From assembly GCA_964252035.1 (NCBI GenBank), contig OZ176214.1: a DNA stretch of 64,000 nt; one strand, written 5' to 3'. A program made the position numbers and the translations under genes. This stretch comes from Podarcis erhardii. Lineage: Eukaryota. Under the pieces are notes generated by a model. It had not been told where the DNA came from. It was given only the letters and a program-made list of their open reading frames with translations, and did no database searches. Each line of letters opens with the position of its first letter. Position 1 is the stretch's first letter. This document shows positions 13,371 through 25,835 of this stretch, one piece after another.

Positions 13371-13721
13371 GTACCCTGAGCTTATTGGACCCTGGGGATG
13401 GAAGTTGAAGTACCCTGGCTGGAGTGGTGGACTGTAACTCCTCTTCTATGTAGGCCTCGTAGACATGTTGCTTGGGTCATGCTCTGGAGATCTTGGAGTG
13501 GAAGATTTGACCAATGTGCCCAGTCTTCCCACAGTAGCGACATGTGGTGTCCTGAAACCTGCATGTCTGGCGCTCGTGGTTTTCTCTGCAGCTGGCACAG
13601 GTCCCTCAAGGTGAGTCAGATGACCGCTGGTTCGACGATGTGCTCGTAGCTTGGGAGTGCTGGTATTGGTAGGATCGGTCCGAAGCTCCGTGGACATCCT
13701 CATTGTGGGAATCGACCGATG

Positions 13722-14285
13722 TCACTGGATGCGGTGAATTCTCTTTTTGGTATGTGGGCTGTGGGCCGCCTCGTGGCCATTATCCTTCTCAAAGGCCATG
13801 GTCATATTTATTGCTTCCATCATTGTGATGTCATCTTTTGCCAGCAGCTTGTGGCGGAGACGGCTGTCTCTCAGGCCACTGATTAACCTTTCAAGAAGTC
13901 GTTCCTCGATGTCAGTGAATTGGCAATACATCACAATCACCCGGAGTGCTCTGATGTATTCACTTGCTGACTCTTGCGCTTGTTGCTCTCTGTGTGCAAA
14001 GTCGTAGTGGTGGTGGTTCTTAGTTGGCTGAGGCGCAAGGTGTCTTGTCATAGCCTGTGTCAGCTCATTGAAAGTGCATACCTCTATGTCCCTGGGTGCC
14101 ATCAGACCTTCCAGTAGAGTGATGGCAGAACTTCCCAGCACCGTCAGTAACACATCCACCTTGTCTGCCTCCCTAGTGAAGCCTTTCAGTTGGACATAGC
14201 TCCTTATTCGGTGGAGCCACTGCGGCCATTCTGCAGGACGGCTCATATCAAAGTCCAGTGGCTGCCGACTATGACTGGTAGCCAT
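13722..14285 (-). pseudogene. Gypsy Gag N-terminal/capsid region (187-aa open stretch)
   Basis: FDMSRPAEWPQWLHRIRSYVQLKG...YDFAHREQQAQESASEYIRALR...ERLISGLRDSRLRHKLL. A tandem zinc knuckle CASCRENHERQTC-RFQDTT-CRYCGKTGHIGQIF follows in another frame at about 13500-13600. Confidence 0.85.
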
Positions 14286-14468
14286 CCTCGGACTTGGAGC
14301 AGTCGCTTGTGTGATTGTGGGTGGTTGCGAAGATGTGGCAGGCGCGGTCTCGTTTCCAGGACTATTTGCTGAGTCCAGCGTGGCGGTGAGGTCGCGCTTA
14401 CTGCGAGGCTGCAGGCAGTGGTGTTGTGGTGCAGTCTTGGGCCTCTGGCAGCCGGCAGGAGCTCATCT

Positions 14469-14486
14469 ATCCCACCTTCGTCGCCA
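14469..14486 (-). promoter_or_regulatory. Primer-binding site, probably tRNA-Ser(GCT)
   Basis: TGGCGACGAAGGTGGGAT lies 1 nt inside the 5' LTR and is complementary to a tRNA 3' end ATCCCACCTTCGTCGCCA. The tRNA identity is from recalled vertebrate tRNA-Ser(GCT) ends. Confidence 0.75.
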
Positions 14487-14487
14487 A

Positions 14488-14762
14488 TGTTAAAAGTTCG
14501 GAAAAAGTCAGAAGCCCAAGGCAGTATAAGTTCCTCAACTAAGTTTATTCAACATTTGTCAGTGACAACAGCTCACTCATAGGAACACAAGAACCAAACT
14601 GACTGGACAACATAATAATAAATCAAGCATGAACTGACCGTTGACAGTTGACAGTTGAAAGTGCATGCACTTACTTGCCATTAGACGTTCGTCTACCAAC
14701 ACTTATATGATTGGTTAGAACACGCCTTGTAACATAAAATGTGTTAAACCCAATACATAACA
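14488..14762 (-). repeat. 5' LTR (275 bp)
   Basis: Direct repeat of 12210-12485, adjacent to the PBS. Confidence 0.93.
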
Positions 14763-15794
14763 TAGATCAAAACCAGAACTTCAAACTGAGCCCAGAAACT
14801 AACTGGTAGCCAGTGCAGTTGTTCCAGAATTAGTGTTCTCATTTTACCAATCTTAAATTTAGTTCTCCACATTTCCATATTGCTTTGCAATTATTATTAT
14901 TTTTAAAAATCCTGATGAAAAAATGCATTCATACTTTAATGCACGTTTCACCTAATATTCACAACACACAACACACAAATTATTCCAAAGCAAATTTCCC
15001 TAATATGCTGCCTTTGTGATGTTACTTTTGCTATTATGTGCATTTGTTTGTTTGTTTTATTTTGTTTTATTTCAACAATCTGTATACTGCTCAATCACAG
15101 TAATATCTAGGTGGTATACAAATGACCCAGTACAGTAAGACTCAAAATGAGTTAAAAAATAAAATATGAATTCAGTTAAAAAGCCTGCTGGAATTTACAA
15201 AAAGTGCTCAGTAAGCACTAGAGGTTTGATAGGAACGGAGCTGTTTACGCCTGTATATGCACTTTTTACACATTACTTGGCTGGACAAATGAATTGCAAA
15301 TGTCAGAGATGTGTAAATTATGAAGGAAAGTTGTGTTTAGGTTCTTGTATTGTTTCTGATAGTATGAATTAAGAAGGTTCACCTTTAAATGCAAATTGAA
15401 CTGAATCTCTTCCACCATCCGTAATGCTGTCATATATGTATATCATAATCGTATATAAGTACCTAACAGGTATAAGATGCATGACACAGCACCTTTCTGC
15501 AAGCTCTTTGCTTGGTTGTTCTTTGAATGCATTTGTCTATTTATAGCAACAGTGTACACAGCCAAAATCCTCACATCCTTTCAGTTTCTGACTGCACAAT
15601 AACTCAGAGAGGGAAATGTGCTCTGACATGCCTACTGAGTTACGCTAACTCTCTCTTTCACTTACTTGGTTTCACCACTCCAGACAACGTTGTTCATTTC
15701 TGGGTAGATGAACTTCCTGCCTATCTTTTTTTATGTAAGCTAAACACCATCCAGAGCCAGCAAAGCTAGTCATTGATATAGTTACTTGCACGGC

Positions 15795-15925
15795 TTTTTT
15801 TAAAGCCGGAACTCACCGGAACTCAGTTCTGACACCTCTCAGGTGGGCAACATTGCTATTATGAGAGAACAAGGGAGGCATTCGGGGTGAGTTCTGGCAC
15901 CTCTTTTTCTAGAAAAATAGTGCTG
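15795..15925. mobile_element. Short non-autonomous DNA-transposon fragment (hAT-like)
   Basis: GCCGGAACTCACCGGAACTCAGTTC...GAGTTCTGGCACCTCTTTTTCTAGAAAAATAGTGCTG with internal inverted motifs. No clear TSD. Confidence 0.5.
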
Positions 15926-15969
15926 GCTACTTACTGGGTTTGTGTGTGTGTGTTTTTTAAAGAAAGACG

Positions 15970-16794
15970 GTGACTAACAGATTGAGGTTGAATCCTGACA
16001 AGACAGAAGTACTGTTTTGGGGGGACAGGGGGCGGGTGGGTGTGGGGGACTCCCTGGTCCTGAATGGGGTAACTGTGCCCCTGAAGGACCAGGTGTGCAG
16101 CCTGGGAGTCATTTTGGAGTCACAGCTGTCCATGGAGGTACAGGTTAATTCTGTGTCCAGGGCGGCTGTCTACCAGCTCCACCTGGTACGCAGGCTGAGA
16201 CCCTACCTGCCTGCGGACTGTCTAGCCAGAGTGGTGCATGCTCTGGTTATCTCCCGCTTGGACCACTGCAGTGTGCTCTATGTGGGACTACCTTTGAAGG
16301 TGACATAGAAACTGCAATTAATCAAGAATGCGGCAGCTAGACTGGTGACTGGGAGTGGCCGCCGGGACTACATAACACCGGTCCTGAGAGATCTGCATTG
16401 GCTCCCAGTACGTTTCTGAGCACAATTCAAAGTGTTGGTGCTGACCTTTAAAGCCCTAAATGGCCTCGGTCCTATATGCCTGAAGGAGCGTCTCCATCCC
16501 ATTGTTCATCCCGGACACTGAGATCTAGCTCTGAGGGCCTTCTGGCGGTTCCCTCATTGCGAGAAGTGGGGTTACAGGGAACCAGACAGAGGGCCTTCTC
16601 GGTAGTGGCGCCCGCCCTGTGGAACGCCCTCCCATCAGATGTGAAGAAAATAAGCAGCTATCTTCTCTTTAAAAGACATCTGAAGGCAGCCCTGTTTAGG
16701 GAAGTTTTTAATATTTAATACTGTATTGTTTTTAACACTCGATTAGAAGCCGCCCAGAGTGGCTGGGGAAACTCAGCCAGGTGGGCGGGGTATA

Positions 16795-16848
<54 letters not shown>
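15970..16848 (+). mobile_element. L2 LINE, 5'-truncated, subfamily A
   Basis: NRLRLNPDKTEVL...LGVILESQLSM...LVISRLDHCSVLYVGLP...LHWLPV, with stops and frameshifts. 3' end is a (ATT)n tail at 16793-16848. Confidence 0.92.
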
Positions 16849-17329
16849 TGATAGCAATTTGTCTCCTTAAGCAGTATAAAATAAAGCCAACCAAACTTGG
16901 GGCTTATCCATACTTTCCTTTATGCTGGCTTGGAATGCAAGTTATGACACCCTTCTAATTAATTTCTATAGGGTTTACTTCTGAGTAAGCATGTATTGGC
17001 CATTCACTAATCTGAATTAATGGCTCAACATCAGTTATACATGAGACAGATGTAAACAGTGACGTGCATCTTCAGTGGCATATACCTAGATAATTCTTAC
17101 ACAGATGTTACATTAGTGGCACCTTTTTATATCATTTTTCTGAACAATAGGGCATAGGTATTTTTAAAAAATGAGGGTTGGGAAAATTGTGACCCTCCAG
17201 CTGATGATGGGCTATGGCTCTCATTATCCCTGATCATTGGCTACACTCACTGAAGCTGATGAGAAGAGTTGTTATCCAACAACATCAGAAGAATCACAGA
17301 TTCCATACCCCTATTTTAAGCTAAGGGTA

Positions 17330-17815
17330 TGTGGGGTGTTAGTGGAGGGGTAGTACCTCTGTTGGGGGAAACATCCTGCTCCTTCTGGGGTAGTTTGTCC
17401 ACCATTGATCCCCACCCAGCGCTCAGCTCCCACCTGTGACTCCTAGAAGCTGCCAGCATGTGACAGCAATCACACCCTGGGAACAGCTTTGACTGGCTAG
17501 CTAAACCAGGTGAGGGTAACTGATGGGTCTCCAAGCCTTGGTGGGTTAGGCACTTCCCCTGCACAGGCTTTGGCAGATTCAGCAGATGAGACCAACAGTG
17601 GGTCCAATGGTCAAGAAGGCAGGGCAGATTGGGCTCATCAGCCTGGGAAGGTAGCCCGTCTAAGAGAAGGAAAATTCTGATTCTAAACCTTGTGGGATAT
17701 CTTTGGGAGAAGAAAAGGATGCACAAATTTGGAGTGCAGTCCCTAAGACGGATGTCATCTTGTACTAGCCAGGCTGGTGCCAAATCGATTGCTCTGCTTT
17801 CCTTTGGACCACATC
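17330..17815 (+). mobile_element. Probable RTE-clade LINE 5' region, old
   Basis: CATCAGCCTGGGAAGGTAGCCCGTCTAAGAGAAGGAAAATTCTGATTCTAAACC resembles RTE-1 5' UTRs as I recall them. No coding part is retained. Confidence 0.4.
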
Positions 17816-20800
17816 TGTGAGGCTGAGGGGGTGTGTGTCTTTTCATCTGGGCAGCCCAGAACCTCCACACACACTTCCCAGGCTTGTGCCCTGGAGAGGT
17901 TACTTCATTGCTGTGAACACAGTAAAAGCAATGTAGGAGGCAGCAGTTATGAGTTACCGGCCTCTGCAGCCACAGCAAGTGCTGTGATTCTCCAGCAGTT
18001 TGACTGCATCCCTGGAAACCCACTCCATTGTCTCTCCAGACAGATAGATGCCATTAGCAACAAATATTGAACTATCCAACTAAAGGGAACTTTTACTGCA
18101 GAAGCAGAAAGTGCCCTCCAAATGTTTTAGACTACAACTCCCATCAGCTCTAATCAGCACGGGCAGTGATCAGGACTGATGGGAGCTGTAGCCCAAAGCA
18201 TGCGAAAGGCATCATGCTGGCTGTCCTTGAAATACTGGTACTTACTAGCTGTATCAAAAAGCTGTATTAAAAGACTCCATGCCTTTTAACAAAAGCTTTT
18301 AAAAGGCAGAATCACAATTATGGCCAGTAGCACAAAGCAGTATAATATCAAATAATAACTGCACACCATTTACTTGAACATGTCCATTATGATGGAAGTG
18401 CAATCTGGCAGAGTTTAAGCTTTGAAGCCAGTATAGCTAAAGGATAACTGTTCCCTTTGACGCTGTAGTGATCCCTCATGAACAATTCTGCGGGTGATTA
18501 GCAAGATGGCATTTGAGCATTACAGGCCTGTGAAACACACACAGACACAGAGCATTAAATGGCAAAACTTTTAGGGTGCAATCAGACATGGGGAATAATG
18601 CATTAGTTTTCCTGATTATAATGCTAGCACTTCTGCTCATTTCCTAATGTTCATTTCACGCTGCAGTACCTGTTGCATTATGGAACGGTGGCTTTTGGGC
18701 CAACATACTGGCACGTCGCACTAAATTTAATTCACACATTTTGTACAACAATGAATATCACTGGGCAACATCGCAGCCTCCCCCCATTCTACACATACAT
18801 GCTTCCTTTCTCTCATGAAAATAGAAGAGTAGAAATTTGTGCTGGTACAGGGCCCCAAATTTTGTGTGTGCATCCAAGTTTTTCTGGATTAAAGGGATTG
18901 CAAATGGATATTATTCTGGAATCAACATGGAACTAATCATGAACCACATCCCACTAGTTTTCTGAAAGTGGCTTTTATGTTGTGTGAAAGCTCAAATATA
19001 ATGTGGAAGTTAAAAATGAGATTTCAGGAAAATTGAACAAACGTCTGTGTGGATGCAACCTTAGTGTAAGAAAGGATGGCCAGAGTGAGGGGAAGATGTC
19101 AACCCAACAAGCAAGCATGGAGTGGAATTTTGACCAAGCAGCCTTAGTTACCAGAGTTTCTGGAACAGGAGATTACTTCATGAGGATGCGTTTCATTTCT
19201 CCCCTCTGTCCTTCCAGGCACCAGTTCTTGCTCAGAGTTATTCTATATCTTAAGGAACAGTATTCTCTTTTGTGACTTTGTTGTGATTTCTTTTAAAGGA
19301 TTGACTGCCCTCTTCTCTGAGGTTGTCATGGAAGCTTTTACTAATGAACTCTATGGACCCAGATCATGTTCTCCTTTGTGGTTAAAATTTACTATTAATC
19401 AGCAAGAGTGGCAACATTTCTAAGCCTCCCATTCTCATCTCTCTGTATCTCTTTTTTCTCTGTGTGTTGACTGTAATTGATACATTCTTAGCTCTCTAAG
19501 CTCATGAAACTAGGGATGTCGGAGAATTCTGACAAAGAAACAAAAACGGGAGCAGGAATTGCCAGTATTCTCTTATTCATCCCATGCACAGAATGGAAAT
19601 CAATCCAGTGAATATGATCGGGATTCCTTTTTGTTGGTTTAGGTCCTCAAACAATACGTGCAATTGATTACATCCCCCACTTGCACTGAATTTCCTTTAC
19701 ACTGAAATGAATGGGGTAGAATAACTTAATGACAACATACAATTTATGTAATTTATGTAATTAATTACATAAATTACCTAAGTTAAGTAATTTCTCCATA
19801 GCAGACAGCGAGACAAATAACATAGTTTTTGTTCATACATTGCTACAAAGGAACATGGATAGACCACCTGCCACTCAAGGAAGGCTATGGATTGAAACTT
19901 TTATTTAAATATAACCTGATTCAGTAAAACACTTATCTCTCTTGAATACACCTTTGCAGCTATTCTCTTTGGGGCAGGGAGGTGGATGAAATTCTCTTTT
20001 TTATTTCCTTACTCTCTTCCTTGTTAAATAGTATTTGGTGGAAGTCAAACTTTTGTGGAACAGAAACAGTCTGGCATGTGACCAAATGGGGCTGAATAGA
20101 AACAATACATTCTTATAGCCCTACTTGCAAGTTACACTACTGCAATCAGATGCTACAATATGTAGGCTGTGTCCTACCATTCCTAGGCTACAATATCCTT
20201 GGGTTAAAGGAGTGCTGAGTGCACAGAGACACAATTTTGTGGCCCATTTGCTGCAAAATGGAAGTGGTGTGTTGGTATCTTTTTCTTTCGGGGAAGACTT
20301 ACTTGTAAGTAAACAGGTATAGTGGGGGGAGGCAACATGGTGCCCTCCAGATGTTGGACTCCACCTCCCATCAACCCCCCAGACAGGATGGTCAATGGTA
20401 AGGGATGATGGGAGATGAAGTTCACAACACCTGGATAGCATCAGGTTGCTTACCCTTGATGTATAGGGTTGCTGCACACAAAACTCAGCTGGGAGTGGTG
20501 GTTTGCAAGCACTAAGTCATCAAATGGACATGTGCATTTGACTTCAGATGCTCTGAATAATATATTACAACAGTGCATCAGATACAACCGATCAAACACT
20601 TGGCATCCATCTATAACATTCAGTACAGGAAAACACTATTATGTAGGCCCTGCACTTACCAGCTGGTTGGCAATGATTGACTGACACATTCATGTTTCAG
20701 TTTGTAACTCCCCCCGCCACCCCAAAACCGCTCATTATTTAACAGAGTCTTCAGGACACACCCAGATTTTCAGCTTGGCATCCTGCCATCATAGCAGTCC

Positions 20801-21400
20801 CCACACTTCACTGCTGTGATCTTTTTTTTGCCATTGAGCTGTTGTATGCCAATCCACCTGGTTTCTAACTTCTCCTATTCATTAAGAAAAGAGGCAGGTT
20901 TTGCTCACCGAGAGCATATGCATTTGGCATAATCATGCTTTTTGCTAAATGTTTGGGTTCTTTGCAAACTTTACTACTTAGAATAGTTTAGGGCCTCTTC
21001 AAGAAACCAGAGTGATTTTCTTGTCAACCCACTCTTGCAAGCAGGAATCGCAGAATATAAACCTTCCCAGTTTTCTAATCCTTATTATTAAATGCAATGA
21101 TATGAGAAGATCTGGGAGAAGAGCTCTTATGCTCTTTTCTAAATTTACTTATTACAAATGAAGGAAGGTCATGCAGCCAATCAATTCATTGAAAGATGAA
21201 ACTTATTTATGAAACATCAGTATTCAAAATTTCAAGATAAAACACAGCCACATGTCTTCCTTCCACTCATCTGATTGTGATAGCAAGTTACTAATATTTT
21301 TCTTATTGATGATCACCTCCTATTTAATTACTATCTGTTTTTAGCACCAGGAAACAGTATTCTGCTTATCTTTTAGTAGGGTGTGGTTGAGTTGCATCAG

Positions 21401-21434
<34 letters not shown>

Positions 21435-22084
21435 ACACACACACACGGTTGTTTATCCTTGTTTTTAATGTTCATTCTTACAAGTTGATTTAAGTTTCAT
21501 TGTTCTGAAAAAAGTGTCTAATAAATAAAAATAATACACCTCCACATCTTCTTTCTTCTTCCCTTTTTAATCTATCTTATTTTCTCTCCCCACCCCCTCT
21601 TTTTTCTGTCTTTGTTTCTCTGAACAGATAAGATCCATTTAGCCTTCTAGGGCCCCTCCAGGCATTCTTTTCATTGTGCATTCATGACGATTTGTGTTCA
21701 TGATGGTATTGTGACAGTTATCATAATCCTGCTTTCAATAATCTTTGCACTTGGAAAAAGGTTTGGGGTGAACATACTCCTCCATTTGCAACTTGTGCAT
21801 GTCCCACAGCTTGCTGCTAAAATCCTGCAACATTTTATGCCAAAAAATCGGGGGGGGGGGGCAGGGGATTGTTCATCTTTTGTACTCGTATAGTGCAACA
21901 CTGCAACAGTACCCCTAAAGAAAATAATGTGATAACATTGGGGAAGCATTGAAGAGCAACTAATGACATGTGGACGGTCCAGTATAAATCCGCCACTAAT
22001 GTGCTATTATAATAACATGTTGCAGAATATTCCCTAAAACACACACACGCAAACACAAATGGTCTAGAGGGAACACAAATGGTC

Positions 22085-22290
22085 TAGAGAGTGTCAGGCT
22101 AGGATCTAGGAGACCTGTGTTCTAATCCCCACTCAGTCATGGAGCTCACTGGGCGACCTTGGCCCAATCACTATCTCTTAGCCTAAACTATCTCACAGAA
22201 TTAATGTGAGAATAAAATAAGGAGGTGAGAACCATGCACACTGCCTTGAGATCCTTGGAGAAAAAGTTGGGATATAAATGAAACAAACAA
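22085..22290 (+). mobile_element. Old tRNA-derived CORE/MIR-like SINE
   Basis: GGAGACCTGTGTTCTAATCCC...GCGACCTTGGCCCAATCAC core and an L2-like 3' end. Confidence 0.6.
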
Positions 22291-23690
22291 ATTAAATAAT
22301 CAAGCAAAGAACTAACCATTCCAGTGTTTCACAGAACCACCTTGAAAGACTAGTGGAATCTTTTTTGTTCAGTAGGAAATAAAAGGAACTATGTCAGAAG
22401 TTTAGGATGAACCTAAGTTCCAGTTGTTTCCTTTTTCTTTTATACATCCTCCTTCAAGAGTTTAAGTGCCAAGAAAGAGCAGTTGCCATTAGCCTTGGCA
22501 GGACCACTGTATCCTTCAGACAGATGGGCCATCTATCCAATGGGAGTCCCATTACATTGCTATCAACTCTGTACTTGGACACCAGCTGGTTGGACATTTG
22601 GCAAGATTTGGGGGACGTGTTAGAGGAGCCAAAAGTTAGCTGGCCACTGGGGTGGCTGTGAACTTACAGTACCACAATTGTGGAGGCAGAAAGGGATGGA
22701 TTATAGGGAAGCCATGCTGCTGGCCACTGCAAGAGACAAGGGAAGAGAGGAAGCCTTATTTTAAGAAAGGATGGGACATTTATTAAATGAATAATGAACC
22801 AGAATCAGTGTGGCTGCCAGATATTTGACCTCGGTAAATGAAATGAATTATTATTTGCCTATTTGCAAGGCTTTAAGAAAACAATGCCAAAATTCCATCT
22901 GGCACATTTTAAATTATGATAATCCATGCTCCTTGAAAAAAATAAAATAAAAATCAGTTGATATTGTTCTGTTCCCTCCACCAAAGAGCTGGCAGCCTGA
23001 AATCACAGACTAGCAAGAGAGGCAAGGGAACTGTTAGCACTAGTATTAATGTCATTACCGGGTAGCTGTATACATAGTGACTAGGGAGAAGGGTGAAGCA
23101 ACCACTAGGCAACCACTGAGGGTTCTTATTGTAGGTTGTGTAGCCCCATCCTTTCTGGTACATCAGGGAAGGTTCTGATCCTGGAAGCAATGAAGCCACA
23201 GTCTCATAGTCAGGAACAGAGGTTGGTGAAGGGAGGCATCATGGTGCCAGATGAGCTGTCTGCCTTCTAATTCTTTTTTCCTGTCTGGGTTCATTGCCCT
23301 AATTGTCTTAGGCTCCAGGCTACTGTAGGCCACTGGTGTATAGCCTGTTAGGGACAAAGGGAAGGATTTTTGGGGCTGCATCCAAAAAAGTTCTATGAAG
23401 AGTATTGAAATAAATGAACCTAAGTTGGCCATGTCCATTAATTTCAATGGTTCTACTCTGAGTAGAACTAAGACTGGAAACAAACTTCCAGTTCAGTTTC
23501 ACCCCCAATACTGCAAGGCTATGGGAACATGTGGACCACATCTTCCAGTATCCCTGAGCATTAGCCATGCTGGCTGGAGCTGATGGGTTCAGCAACGTTT
23601 GGAGGGTCACCCGCATAATTCTGAGCACTGTGTTTGGATGAAGAATGGTTCTGTTTTCCATATGCACTTAATTGCTGACAATGCATTTCA

Positions 23691-24535
23691 TAATAATAAT
23701 AATAATAATAATAATAAATTTTATTTATATCCCGCCCTCCCCAGCCGAAGCCGGGCTCAGGGCGGCTAACAACACTAAAACAGTACAGCATTATAAAACA
23801 GTATAAAAATGGATTAAAATGAATTAAAATCAAAATTGATGGCAACCATAAACTAAAGTTTGTAAAGATTGCCAGAGGAGGGAGTCAGGCTGCGCCCTGA
23901 CCAAAGGCCAGGTGGAACAGCTCTGTCTTGCAGGCCCTGCGGAAAGATGTCAAGTCCTGCAGGGCCCTTGTCTCTTGTGAGAGAGCGTTCCACCAGGTTG
24001 GAGCCGCAGCCGAAAAAGCCCTGGCTCTAGTTGAGGCCAGCCTAACCTCTCTGTGGCTTGGGACCTTCAAGATGTTTTTATTTGAAGATCGTAAGTTCCT
24101 CTGTGGGGCATACCAGGAGAGGCGGTCCCGTAGGTACGAGGGCCCTAGGCCGTATAGGGCTTTGAAGGTTAAAACCAGCACCTTAAACCTGATCCTGTAC
24201 TCCACCGGGAGCCAGTGCAGCTGGTATAGCACCGGATGAATGTGATCTCTAAGCGAAGACCCCGTAAGGAGTCTCGCTGCAGCATTTTGCACCCGCTGGA
24301 GTTTCTGGGTCAGTCTCAAGGGCAGCCCCACGTAGAGCGAGTTACAATAATCCAGTCTGGAGGTGACCGTCGCGTGGATCACAGTGGCTAGGTCAGGGCG
24401 TGAGAGGTAAGGAGCCAACTGCTTAGCTTGGCGGAGATGAAAGAATGCCGCCTTTGTTATAGCTGCAATCTGCGCCTCCATGGAGAGGGAGGTATCGAAG
24501 ATTACACCCAAACTCTTAACGGACGGTGCTGGCAC
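23691..24535 (-). mobile_element. L2 LINE, 5'-truncated, young subfamily B with an uninterrupted ORF2 C-terminus
   Basis: 216-aa ORF 23885-24535: SLGVIFDTSLSME...VTSRLDYCNSLYVGLP...QNAAARLL...LHWLPVEYRIRFK...WWNAL...KTELF. A (TTA)n tail sits at 23691-23717. Confidence 0.95.
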
Positions 24536-25835
24536 TAACTAACTTTCAGAAGTCTCAGCATGTCTCTTACAGAGTTGGTGTGTCTTTTTTTAAATTTTTA
24601 TTAAACCGGTCTAGCCTTGGAGTCTAGCTTAGCTGGGGTTTGAGATCCTCCTTGCCCGTTCTTTTAAAAGGGAAATGAATTGCTGCCATTTCATTTTTCT
24701 AATGCCTTTCCAATAGATCTAACAGTCACTCATGTTGCAATGTTGCAGTTGTTATCTTGGAAGCTTGCTACAGGCAAAACAAGCAAACAAAACCTGGGAC
24801 TAGCTATGAAATCCAATGGTACATGCTTGAGGTATACAGCCCAGGAAGAATACATTAAAATATGAATGTTTGGCAATTACCTTCTTATTGTTTCATATGA
24901 GCTACTAGAAAACCATGTTCTGCTTGTGCCAGGGAATTGAAGAGCCGTGATTCAGTTCACCTTCTGACAGTTAATAGATGCTGAAACATGACTGTGAGAG
25001 AAAGCAAAACCCAGTCAGCATTCAGCTTCTCATTTAGGAAGCTGTTGTTTTCATTTGGAGGAGCCTATAGGAACTGCTTATCAGCCAACCTAGTCAAACA
25101 AAGGGCAGACAGAGCTGTCATCCCCATACACGGAGAACTATGTTTGTCAGCATTCAGCAACTTGCTGTCCATATGGGAGTGATGGATATTCTCTCAAAAA
25201 CTGCCTCATCTATATGAATCAGTGGAGAAATCTATGCATGCACCATTTGGGGGCATGTAAATCAAGCTATATATTTGAAGAAGGAAGGCTCACAAAGAGG
25301 GCCTGGAAAAAATGAACCAGTGACCGACTTGACAAAATGTAGGTCCTTAAATCATAAGTAGAAAAACAGTCAAGCTGAGAACTTCTTTATCCCCCAAATG
25401 TCACGAGAGTGGAGTGATATGGCTGGGTGGACTATGCCTTTTTTGAATGTTCTTGTCAGATCCTGCATCCACATGGAAGTGTATTCCATTTTCTCGAAGT
25501 TTCCCTAACTGTTGATTTCTGCATTGTATGTGAGTTTCCACGTGACATAAAAGTCATTCTAGTGCAGGTTTAGAGGACTGGACCATTTCATGGAAGATAA
25601 GGCTATCAGTCTATACTAACCATTATGGCTATGCTCTGTCTTCATGGTTGGAGGCAAGGTGCTGGAAAGCACAGGAGGGGAGAGTGCCCTTATGCTTGAG
25701 TTCTTATGGTGTTCCCATGGGCATCTGATTTTCCACTGTGAGAACCAGATGCTGGGCTAGATGGGCCATTGGCATGACCCAGCAAGCTTTTCTTATGTGC
25801 TTATGTTCTGTCATACATTATTTAAGTGTCTAGTA

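Larger units (their letters stand above)
12210..14762 (-). mobile_element. Gypsy (Mag-like) LTR retrotransposon, internally deleted, 2553 bp
   Basis: Two TG...CA LTRs; 5-bp TSD TAGAT (12205-09 and 14763-67); PBS; PPT (AGGGGAGGAG, 12486-95 minus); Gag, zinc knuckles, protease remnant and integrase C-terminus. No RT, RNase H or integrase core is seen. Confidence 0.93.

Noticed and set aside
13722-14285. Domesticated Gag gene
   Set aside because: It sits in a complete LTR element with a TSD, and downstream Gag has a frameshift and a stop. No evidence of selection is visible.
15666-15740. Minus-strand exon ending at CCAA|GTAAGT (RKFIYPEMNNVVWSGET)
   Set aside because: An in-frame stop lies just upstream and no suitable acceptor preserves the frame.
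17316-18023. 235-aa minus-strand ORF
   Set aside because: It overlaps a repeat-like region, has a low-information Cys/His/Pro-rich translation, and shows no recognisable domain.
21628-21760. Exon after a very strong polypyrimidine tract and AG
   Set aside because: Stops occur in all three frames within 25 nt and the donor is weak. At best it is a non-coding exon.
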